Of a stretch of 64,000 nucleotides of DNA, positions 8,187 to 16,238 are shown piece by piece. The position numbers were made by a program, and so were the translations under genes. Every line of letters begins with the position of its first letter. Position 1 is the stretch's first letter. Location of the stretch: positions 358 through 64,357 of the forward strand of contig DAHUZH010000005.1 in assembly GCA_027306695.1 (NCBI GenBank), written 5' to 3'. The notes beneath the pieces are model-generated. The model saw nothing but the letters and a program-made list of their open reading frames with translations, was not told the origin of the DNA and made no database searches. The stretch is from Acidobacteriaceae bacterium. Its GTDB lineage: Bacteria; Acidobacteriota; Terriglobia; Terriglobales; Acidobacteriaceae.

Positions 8187-10427
8187 ATGAAAAGATCATC
8201 GATTCTCCATTATGCCTCGGTTGTCGTATGCATGGCTTTGGTTTGCCCGGCGATGACAGCTCAAAATTCCATTACAGTATTTACCCCTGTCTATGTGCGG
8301 CTGGCTCCAAGCAACACCTCGGGTCAACCCAATAAAAACTCCCCCCCGGTCGATTTCAATACCTCTACGGTGAATCTGAATTGCGCTGCTACTCCCATCC
8401 AGGCTGTGCTCACCTCCACGCCCTCCACCGGCACGACCAATGCAAATCTTTTAGTCGACAACTACATCAATCTCACTGTTACTCCAGGTATATCTGGGAC
8501 GACCGGAGGAACTCCAGTGGATATCTGCGGCGGCGGGACTTCGACCTCCTCATCCAGCAGCGGAACCGAGCACTCGCAAGAATGCTACAACTCAGGCTTT
8601 TCATCCGCCGTAGGCAACCTGGTCGGTCTGGATCCCGACAACTTTGTCGGTACGTATGGCGTTGCACCCCTCGACATCAGCAGTTATCTTGTAGCCGGCC
8701 AACAACAGGCCAGATTCGATCTCGTCAACCTGGGAGACTATCTCGCCAGCTCGTCTCTCTACCTGAACACGAATTGCACGCAATTGGGAGTTTCAGGCCA
8801 GGTCAACTTCACTGGAAACACGATTTCGACAACGAACTTAACGCAGAACTATCCCATCGATTCGACGCCAAGCCAAAAATTTAAGTTTATTTATGATCTC
8901 TCGCAGGCTCAGACGGCGGGAAGCTTACCACCCCTCACCTCCGGAACGGTCCCCTATATTACAGACAATTCCGTGGATCCCACTACGTTTCAAACGACCC
9001 TCGTTCTAAATACCTCCTTCGCGACGTCCTCTTGTATGATTCACACGGGAGAACTGTTCAACGGCCTACCTGCTTGCACGCTCTACACTCTGGAGTGTAC
9101 GTCTGGTACAAGCACCACCCCGAGCGGCGCCCAGTGCCCGGTTTCCTCACTGCCCAATGAACTTTTTCAAGATGTATTTGACGGCCCCAGCTTCACGCTG
9201 CCAGACATTTCTACTACTACCAAAAATGGTAGCCCGGGCCCTACGTTTCATGAAGGGATCGGGTTCCTGATGGCCAGCGAAGGCTGGATTGGTGGGCCCT
9301 GTACGTTCGATCCAGCATCTGGCCTGCAAGACCTGCCCTGCCCCCAGAATTTGCTCGCCAGCTTCAGCGGTCCCGGCCTGTATACGTCGAGCGGATCTAC
9401 ATCGCACCCCAATTCCACCTTCATTCCTGTCACTGGAGTTCCTGAAGACTTGACCACAGTCACCGTCCAGAACCAGCATCCGGGCAATTGGGTCAATACT
9501 CGCAGTCCAATTGTGACGCTCTCCAGCCAGCCGCCTGTGCTGACCAGTACGAAACTTCCTGGCGCAACCAGTTTTATCGCCTCACCGATACTGAGCATTA
9601 CGTACGGAATCTCGTCGGCGAGTAGCGTTCAACCCACACCTTCAACACCCGCACCTACGGACACCACCGTCCCAAGCGGTGTTACTTGCCCACTTCAAGC
9701 CAACCCGTCCGATCCTCCCGCAGTCCTTTTCGCTACGCCAAACGAGACCCTGACCGTACCTGCGGATGGCAATTATCTCGTTCACTACTTCGCAGAGGAT
9801 TGCGCTGGAACCAAGGAGTACCAATTCACACAGGACCTATCGAGTAGCTGGTCTACCTCCTATTACACCTATCCCATCAATGTGGACACAGTTCTGCCTG
9901 TAGTGAGCACAGGACCCACGCTGTCCCCGGCTGCCGATACCTTAATCTTGGGTGACTACATTCAGGGCCAATCTGTTACGGCTTCCTATAGCTGCACGGA
10001 TGACCGTTCTGGAGTGATCACCTGTGGGACATCCACGTTCTCGCCCACCTCTACAACACTGAACACTGGTCAGCTCAGTAGCTCCGTAAACACTTCCAAG
10101 ACTGGTGCCCAGGTTTATAACGTCCAGGCTGTCGATGCTGCCGGCAACCAGTCCTCCATCAAGTCCGTCAACTACACTGTCATCGCGTATGACCCGGGGA
10201 TCCAGATCACACAGCAGAACTCAAAAATCGATGTCAGCGTCTCTCCCATATCCGGCCATCCGGCGACCGGCTTCGTCGAGTTGTATCTCGGTATTGCACC
10301 TTACCAATCGGCAAAACTGACCGGAAGTGGGGTCGCACATTTCAGCACCAGTGGACTTCACGGCACGTATACAGTGAGTGCTGTATATTCAGGAAACCTG
10401 TCCGCACCGGTAACGCTTACTTTCTAG
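8187..10427 (+). CDS. Secreted Ser/Thr-rich hypothetical protein with C-terminal bacterial Ig-like domain
   Basis: The tracked ORF starts at 8103. The internal ATG 8187 gives a clean signal peptide (MKRSSILHYASVVVCMALVCPAMTAQ). The C-terminal 'GFVELYLGIAPYQSAKLTGSGVAHFSTSGLHGTYTVSAVYSGN' resembles Ig-like (Big_3-type) repeats. I recognise no family for the rest. Confidence 0.7.
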   Translation: MKRSSILHYASVVVCMALVCPAMTAQNSITVFTPVYVRLAPSNTSGQPNKNSPPVDFNTSTVNLNCAATPIQAVLTSTPSTGTTNANLLVDNYINLTVTPGISGTTGGTPVDICGGGTSTSSSSSGTEHSQECYNSGFSSAVGNLVGLDPDNFVGTYGVAPLDISSYLVAGQQQARFDLVNLGDYLASSSLYLNTNCTQLGVSGQVNFTGNTISTTNLTQNYPIDSTPSQKFKFIYDLSQAQTAGSLPPLTSGTVPYITDNSVDPTTFQTTLVLNTSFATSSCMIHTGELFNGLPACTLYTLECTSGTSTTPSGAQCPVSSLPNELFQDVFDGPSFTLPDISTTTKNGSPGPTFHEGIGFLMASEGWIGGPCTFDPASGLQDLPCPQNLLASFSGPGLYTSSGSTSHPNSTFIPVTGVPEDLTTVTVQNQHPGNWVNTRSPIVTLSSQPPVLTSTKLPGATSFIASPILSITYGISSASSVQPTPSTPAPTDTTVPSGVTCPLQANPSDPPAVLFATPNETLTVPADGNYLVHYFAEDCAGTKEYQFTQDLSSSWSTSYYTYPINVDTVLPVVSTGPTLSPAADTLILGDYIQGQSVTASYSCTDDRSGVITCGTSTFSPTSTTLNTGQLSSSVNTSKTGAQVYNVQAVDAAGNQSSIKSVNYTVIAYDPGIQITQQNSKIDVSVSPISGHPATGFVELYLGIAPYQSAKLTGSGVAHFSTSGLHGTYTVSAVYSGNLSAPVTLTF

Positions 10428-10490
10428 TAATGGGGGGATTCCCGGTGATCGTGCTCGCTTGAGCTGCAAATGAACAGCAAGTCGTTTCTC

Positions 10491-10525
10491 GCCAAACCCA
10501 TCGGCCCAAAGCCGGTGGGTTTGGC
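10491..10525. terminator. 15-bp hairpin between convergent genes (no U-tract)
   Basis: gccaaacccatcggc / ccaaa loop / gccggtgggtttggc, with one G-U pair. It lies between the + gene ending at 10427 and the - gene ending at 10648. Confidence 0.4.
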
Positions 10526-10647
10526 GTAGTGGTCGGGATGGAAGCTGAGGTGCATAGCGCCAGACGGGAAGATTAGCCAGAATTGGGCACACAAACATTA
10601 CGCTATCTGTGAAAATGCTGGAGAACGAAAACAATAATACAATCCGT

Positions 10648-12708
10648 TCAGGAATTTGCAGTGCCAGGCTCAAGCAATGGCGCAACCAGTGAAGTAGTGG
10701 ATTGTTCCCAGGCTGCCAGCCGAGTGAACGTCAGGACGGTGATGTCGTCCTCCTGACCGAAGGCAACAGCGGCGTCCATTGCCTGTTGCGCAGATGGCCG
10801 GGATGCAAACAATGTGTGCAGCCGGTCAAAGCCGTAGAGTTCTCCCGTAGTACTACGGGCCTCAAGTACTCCATCGGTATAGAGGCTCAGCTGGTCTCCC
10901 GGGTGCAGCAGAATGCAGACTTCGTCATACGTTGCAAAGGGCAAGAGGCCAAGTGGCAAAGACCCCTCGATCTCAAGCTCCCGCTGATTCAGAATCGGCG
11001 GCAGATGGCCGGCATTCGCCAGCGTAACCTGGCCGTTTTTATGCAGCCGCAAAATCACAGCGGTGACGAAGCCGCCCTGTAGCCGACCGCACAGACAGTG
11101 ATTCAGTTTTTCGAGCATCTGCACAGGGCTAACTCTTGCGTCCGACAACGAGTGCAGAACGCCAACGATTAGCGACACGGTCATCGCTGCTTTCAATCCC
11201 TTGCCGCTCACGTCCCCCAGGGCCACAAGCGTCGATCCTTCTTCCTCGCGGATAATTTGAAAGAAGTCTCCGCCGACCTCCAGCGCGGGCTGGTATGCGC
11301 TGGTGACTGCGAACCCATCCAGCGACGGCAGCGTGTCTGGAATCAGTACCCGCTGGATCTCCCGTGCACTATGCATCTCCCGCTCCAGCACACTCTGCCG
11401 CGCCTGCTGTTCCACGGTGTATCGGTAGACGGCATACAAGATCGAGATGAAAAGCGTGATCGCAGCCAGGTCCGCAACTCGAAAGGCCACACCATAGATC
11501 GTAAAGAGCGGCGTGTTGACTATTTTGAAAAGGGTCCAGTGTGTGAATCGCTGCCCCGCTGCGCAGGCATCGGCAATGGTGTCGATCATCTGTGATACAA
11601 GCGCGCTAAGAGCGACCAGCCAGCGCGAAGTCTCCAGACTCTGCCGCAAGCCGAATGCGATGAGTACAAATGGAAAAACCTCGACCAGCAAGATCAATAC
11701 AGTCAGAATGGCATCTGCCCACTGCATTTTGAGACCGGCGCTTCCCCAGAAAAACGCCAAGACGCCGTCCAGAAGGCCCGCAGCGAATGTGCAGATCGCC
11801 AGTCCCTGCGTCCAGCGAACCAGAACCCGATTTTCATTCAGCTGCAGCAGCCAGAGCAGTAGGAACCAAAGAGAGATGTGATTCAGTGCGTAAATTGGCT
11901 GATTCAGTCCTCGACCCCACCCATAAGAGATCGAAATCGGTATGGGGAAAAAACCCTGAATGATGAAGAGAAGAATTGGCGTCGCGGTAAAGATGGCCAG
12001 CCAGAGAAAGAGCTCGACTGCACGGTCCCGATTCCAAAGCACGAGGCTGAACATCGTGACGAACCCGTACAGAATGATCAGGGTGTAGTCGTACAAGAAC
12101 TGCTGCGAGGTTCCCGCGCTGATCGCTGCCAGTTGTGCCGCGATTGTATCGGAATCGCCAAGGAGCGGCGGTCCATTCATGCCACCGAGTGAGTCGGGAT
12201 CGACAAACAGGAGAGGAGATTTCCAGACACGGATGGCGATGGTTCCTGAATCAGCTATCGGCACAGAAAATCTGCGGAACAAGGAAGTGTAGTACCAATA
12301 CGGACTCGGAGGAAGCTTGCCATAACTTCCTATCAGCTTGCCGTTCCAATAGACTTCGTAGGCGTCGTCAACCTGCGGCATCAGCAGGGCGTAAGTAGAT
12401 TTATCGCCAGCCAGGGTGTCGATTTTTATATGGCGGCGGTACCAGGCATAACCCGTATAACCAGGATGACTTTGGCTGCCCCAGGAACTGGCAACGTTTA
12501 TAGTTTCCCACCCAGAATCATCGAATGACGATGAGGCCCAGCGCGGATCATCTCCCAGGTGAAACTGCCAGGGGCCATCAAGCTGGACTGCAGATGGGCC
12601 CAATCCTTGAATCGAAAGGAGGGGCGGCTGCTTCGGGGCTTGCTGTTGGGTGAGAAGAGACAGCGCAAGAAAAAATGCAAATGCGGCTGTCTTCGCATGG
12701 AGAAACAT
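10648..12708 (-). CDS. PP2C/SpoIIE-family serine phosphatase fused to a 7TM-DISM-type sensor (extracytoplasmic domain plus ~7 TM helices)
   Basis: Signal peptide. An extracellular 'DGPWQFHLGDDPRWASSSFDDSGWETINV...GYAWYRRHIKI' module (7TMR-DISMED2-like). A multi-TM block. C-terminal 'REMHSAREIQRVLIP...ALEVGGDFFQII...GDVSGKGLKAAM...LYTDGVLEA' (SpoIIE/PP2C). Confidence 0.85.
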   Translation of the reverse strand: MFLHAKTAAFAFFLALSLLTQQQAPKQPPLLSIQGLGPSAVQLDGPWQFHLGDDPRWASSSFDDSGWETINVASSWGSQSHPGYTGYAWYRRHIKIDTLAGDKSTYALLMPQVDDAYEVYWNGKLIGSYGKLPPSPYWYYTSLFRRFSVPIADSGTIAIRVWKSPLLFVDPDSLGGMNGPPLLGDSDTIAAQLAAISAGTSQQFLYDYTLIILYGFVTMFSLVLWNRDRAVELFLWLAIFTATPILLFIIQGFFPIPISISYGWGRGLNQPIYALNHISLWFLLLWLLQLNENRVLVRWTQGLAICTFAAGLLDGVLAFFWGSAGLKMQWADAILTVLILLVEVFPFVLIAFGLRQSLETSRWLVALSALVSQMIDTIADACAAGQRFTHWTLFKIVNTPLFTIYGVAFRVADLAAITLFISILYAVYRYTVEQQARQSVLEREMHSAREIQRVLIPDTLPSLDGFAVTSAYQPALEVGGDFFQIIREEEGSTLVALGDVSGKGLKAAMTVSLIVGVLHSLSDARVSPVQMLEKLNHCLCGRLQGGFVTAVILRLHKNGQVTLANAGHLPPILNQRELEIEGSLPLGLLPFATYDEVCILLHPGDQLSLYTDGVLEARSTTGELYGFDRLHTLFASRPSAQQAMDAAVAFGQEDDITVLTFTRLAAWEQSTTSLVAPLLEPGTANS

Positions 12709-12909
12709 GCGTCGAGAATATCACTCTGCCTTGTCACTCGGAGAAAGAATGCTTCGCTGGAGAGCGCACCAGGCAGCTCGGCCTACGGCACGAGTGTGAC
12801 GGCCTGCTTTGCGGCCAGCGGGAGCCCAATTTTCTTCAAATGTACCGTTCCCCTTGTTGCGGTAAAGAAATTGCACATCGAGTCATTGGGTTGAGATGGT
12901 CCTTGGAGA

Positions 12910-14418
12910 TTATTTTTTGTGGCGTTGGAAGTGAATACCTGCAAGTTCAAATCCAGAGATATTTCCATCTGCATTCTGGGAAAATGTTAAACGCTGAGGC
13001 TCGTCTTCATCACTACCGAAGTTGGCCAAAAATGTGTCGTATTGAAAGTAGTTGAGCTGAGAAGTTGTGGCGTGAAAGCGTAGCGCAAGGTGGCCGGTGT
13101 CCATCAGAATGTCGGCATCTCCATAAGCCGGATTATCGAAGGTCCCAACGTACGCGCTTAAATCGTGGGAGGGGTGCGTATTCGGATTTCGTTTAGATTC
13201 CCAGGACGCGGTCTGCGCTTTCTCTTCCGCTTCAAATTTTGCATCGTTCGCCTGAAAATGAGCGCTCCAATCCTGCTCGGGCAGATGCAACAACACGTCC
13301 GCAATATGGTATCCGAGCGCCTGGCGGTAGGAATCCCCGCCGAGGTTCACTAGCACCTCATAGCCTGTGTGGATCTCCGGTATAAGCACGGTGAGTGCTT
13401 CAAATCCGTCGATGTCTCCGGGATGGAGAATCAATTGATGCCCATGATAATCCTGGATAAACCAGCCGAAACCGTAGCTCAACTGCATGGAATCCGGAAA
13501 GAACACGGTTGGAATTTCCCCGGCAGGGACCACAATCTGCGGTGTGTGCATCTCCTGCATATTTTTGGACGAAATCAAACGCTTGCCATTGAAAACCCCG
13601 TCATTCAGTTGCAGTGCTATCCATTTCGCCATATCGCGAACGCTTGAATTGATGGAGCCTGCAGGCCCTGCATTGTCGATATTTTTCCAGGCTATGACTG
13701 CTACTTTTCCATTGTGCAGTTCGTGCGGGCTGGCATAATCGGGCGACTTTTGAGCATCGATGGCGCTCGTGTCCGACTCGTTCATTCCTAGTGGCTGAAA
13801 GATGCGTTGTTTCACGAAGCCATCCCAAGTGCCGCCGGACACGCTGCCCACGGCATAACCTAACGTGACATACATTGCGTTTTGGTATTGAAAGATGGAG
13901 CGAAACCCGGCATCGGGATGGATGTAGGCGACACGGCGCACAATTTCTTCCCTGGAAATAGGCGCGCCGTACCAAAGCAGGTCCGCACCTGGCAAGCCTG
14001 TGCGATGCGTCAAGAGATCGCGCAAGGTCACATTTTCATCCGCTAAAGGATCATAAAGGTGGAAGAAAGGGATGGACTTGTCCACCTTGTCATCCCAGTT
14101 CATTTTGCCTTCATCGGAAAGCATGGCAATCGAGGCTGAAGTAAATGCCTTGGTGCAGGAGCCAATGTCGAATAATGTGTCGGGAGTTATCGGCTGGCGT
14201 GTCTGAACATTGCGAACGCCGAATCCCTTCAAATACACAGGGGCATTTCCTTGTACGATGCCAACGGCAACTCCGGGGACCTTCCATTCCCGCATCGTGG
14301 TCTGAATGTAATGATCGAGTGACGAAAAATCTTGCTGCTGGGCAACGCAGTTCGATCCAATGGCAAGCAGCAGAATGCAAATCGAGATGGAGGCGAATCT
14401 GGAAAATTTCGGTGTCAT
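12910..14418 (-). CDS. Exported serine hydrolase, beta-lactamase/peptidase S12 family
   Basis: Signal peptide MTPKFSRFASISICILLLAIGSNCVAQ. SxxK motif in 'FDIGSCTKAF'. 'LLTHRTGLP' is typical of the class-C beta-lactamase / D-Ala-D-Ala carboxypeptidase B / D-aminopeptidase clan. AAGGAAAA lies upstream of ATG 14418. Confidence 0.85.
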   Translation of the reverse strand: MTPKFSRFASISICILLLAIGSNCVAQQQDFSSLDHYIQTTMREWKVPGVAVGIVQGNAPVYLKGFGVRNVQTRQPITPDTLFDIGSCTKAFTSASIAMLSDEGKMNWDDKVDKSIPFFHLYDPLADENVTLRDLLTHRTGLPGADLLWYGAPISREEIVRRVAYIHPDAGFRSIFQYQNAMYVTLGYAVGSVSGGTWDGFVKQRIFQPLGMNESDTSAIDAQKSPDYASPHELHNGKVAVIAWKNIDNAGPAGSINSSVRDMAKWIALQLNDGVFNGKRLISSKNMQEMHTPQIVVPAGEIPTVFFPDSMQLSYGFGWFIQDYHGHQLILHPGDIDGFEALTVLIPEIHTGYEVLVNLGGDSYRQALGYHIADVLLHLPEQDWSAHFQANDAKFEAEEKAQTASWESKRNPNTHPSHDLSAYVGTFDNPAYGDADILMDTGHLALRFHATTSQLNYFQYDTFLANFGSDEDEPQRLTFSQNADGNISGFELAGIHFQRHKK

Positions 14419-14479
14419 CTTGTTTTCCTTTTTAACGAGCGGCAGCAGGATGATTGTGGCTTTGCAACATTGCGATTTC

Positions 14480-15628
14480 TTAAATCGTGCTCACGGGAAC
14501 TCCGCTTACAGATGGTACGGCCTTCCACTCTTCCTGTCGGACGGTCAGCTTCTCGATACGCTTTTCATTCACAGTAAAACCAATTCCTGGGGAATTCGGC
14601 ACTCGGATCGTACCTTGTGCGCTGACTTCGACTGCGGGCAAAATGATGTCCTCCTCCCAATAACGCTTGCTGGCGGAAACATCTCCCGGAAATACGAAAC
14701 CGGGCAGCGATGACATTGCGATGTTGTGGGCGCGGCCAATTCCAGACTCCAGCATTCCGCCGCACCAGACCGGTACGCCATGGTCCATGCAATAGGCTTG
14801 AATCCTGCGTGCCTCGGTATGGCCCGACACGCGGCCCAGCTTGATATTGATGACCTTGCATGCGCCGAGTTCAATTGCAGCCTCCGCATCGCGCAGATTA
14901 TGGATACATTCGTCCAGGCATATCGGCGTGTTGAGCTGCCGCTGCAATACTGCATGCTGGTAAATTTCATTCCATTCCAGCGGCTGCTCAATATAAGTCA
15001 GGTTGAATGCGTCCAGTTGTTTGAGCAAAGCAATATCTGCAAGCCGATACGCTGAATTCGCGTCCACAGTAAGGGCGATCTTCGGATATTTGTTGCGGAC
15101 GGCGCTGACAACCTCAATGTCCTTGCCCGGCTTGATTTTCAGCTTCACTCGTTGATATCCGGCGGCAAGCTCCTGGTCAATTCTATCGAGCAGCTTGCCG
15201 GTGTCCTGATGGATTCCAAGGGAAACGCCGCTTGAAATCTCGGTCCGAGTGCCGCCGAGCAGCTTGCTCAGGCTTGTCGATTGGCCCTTGGCGAAAGCGT
15301 CCCATACTGCGTTTTCCAGCGCGGCCTTTGCCATTTCGTGGCCGCGCACAGGTTCCATGGCGCGCAGGGCCGCTTCCGGGGCCTCGAAGGTCTTTCCCAG
15401 GAGCAAGGGCACGAGAAAATCCCGGAGCACGATCCAGGCCGTATCTGTGGTTTCGGGGTTATAAAATGGGCCCTCGCCTGCCGTCACTTCGCCCCAGCCG
15501 CTGCTGCCGTCCTCCGAGTGAAGCTTTAAAAGCAGGATGCGGCGATTGTGGACCACGCCAAAGCTTGTCTCAAATGGCGCTACCAATTGCATGCTTATTT
15601 CGCGTGCATGAATCGCTACGATTTTCAT
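14480..15628 (-). CDS. Enolase-superfamily OSBS / N-succinylamino-acid racemase (NSAR, N-acylamino-acid racemase) homologue
   Basis: 382 aa. 'VAPFETSFG', 'KLKIKPGKDIE' (KxK), 'VDANSAY', 'IEQPL', 'PICLDE', 'INIKLGRVSG' and 'VWCGGMLESGIGRAHNIAMSSLPGFVFPGDVSASKRYW' are collinear with Amycolatopsis/Deinococcus NAAAR-type OSBS proteins as I recall them. No signal peptide. Confidence 0.85.
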   Translation of the reverse strand: MKIVAIHAREISMQLVAPFETSFGVVHNRRILLLKLHSEDGSSGWGEVTAGEGPFYNPETTDTAWIVLRDFLVPLLLGKTFEAPEAALRAMEPVRGHEMAKAALENAVWDAFAKGQSTSLSKLLGGTRTEISSGVSLGIHQDTGKLLDRIDQELAAGYQRVKLKIKPGKDIEVVSAVRNKYPKIALTVDANSAYRLADIALLKQLDAFNLTYIEQPLEWNEIYQHAVLQRQLNTPICLDECIHNLRDAEAAIELGACKVINIKLGRVSGHTEARRIQAYCMDHGVPVWCGGMLESGIGRAHNIAMSSLPGFVFPGDVSASKRYWEEDIILPAVEVSAQGTIRVPNSPGIGFTVNEKRIEKLTVRQEEWKAVPSVSGVPVSTI

Positions 15629-16018
15629 AATCTCTCCAGCATGGATAAAAAGTGAAATGAAACGAACGTTTCAGGATTTGCGGAATGCACGCGATGACAA
15701 ATGGAAGTCAAGCCTGAAAATTACTCCGCAACCTCTCTCTGCGTCAAGCTGAATCGGCAAATACTGCAATCGAGAAGAAGCAGAAAATGCTTGAAACATA
15801 AGAATGCATATTGACTGGATTTCCATTGAACCTTCGAGCGGACGCTGGCCATTTCCCATCGCTGGCCGTAACGCCTCACGTCGCTTAAGGTTTACCTAAC
15901 TATCTGTTGGGCAAACAAATCCGGCGCTTGTGCAGAGATTTGACTCGGCGAGAGGTCAATAGGGAAACCCATTCCCAGGCATGAAAGTGCCCACTTTTTT
16001 CCGGGAACACAGGCAAGA

Positions 16019-16038
16019 CTGCATAAATCTGCATAAAT
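16019..16038. repeat. Tandem direct repeat ctgcataaat x2
   Basis: Read directly. It sits in the 610-nt divergent intergenic region between the NSAR homologue (-) and TBDR2 (+). Confidence 0.8.
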
Positions 16039-16115
16039 GAAACAAAAACTTCACATTGGCCGCTCTCCAATGGCCATGCCGAATACCAATGAAAAAAAGG
16101 AGAAAAATAATTATG

Positions 16116-16144
16116 TTGACACTGCGGATGCTAGGCGCGAGACT
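16116..16144 (+). promoter_or_regulatory. Candidate promoter for the TBDR-peptidase array (TTGACA-17 nt-GAGACT)
   Basis: Perfect -35 at 16116-16121. The -10 is weak (only A2, A4 and T6 match). It lies ~95 nt upstream of ATG 16239. Confidence 0.25.
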
Positions 16145-16238
16145 GTTTTACATTCAACATCTCGAATGTGTAACGCATGTTTCCAAATTCCCCATCACGA
16201 AACGGCGTGTTTCGCTTGCTTTGCCAGGAGGCGCTTCA

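Noticed and set aside
15671-15859. 62-aa minus-strand ORF in the long intergenic region upstream of TBDR2
   Set aside because: No RBS or motif. The region is better explained as regulatory DNA.
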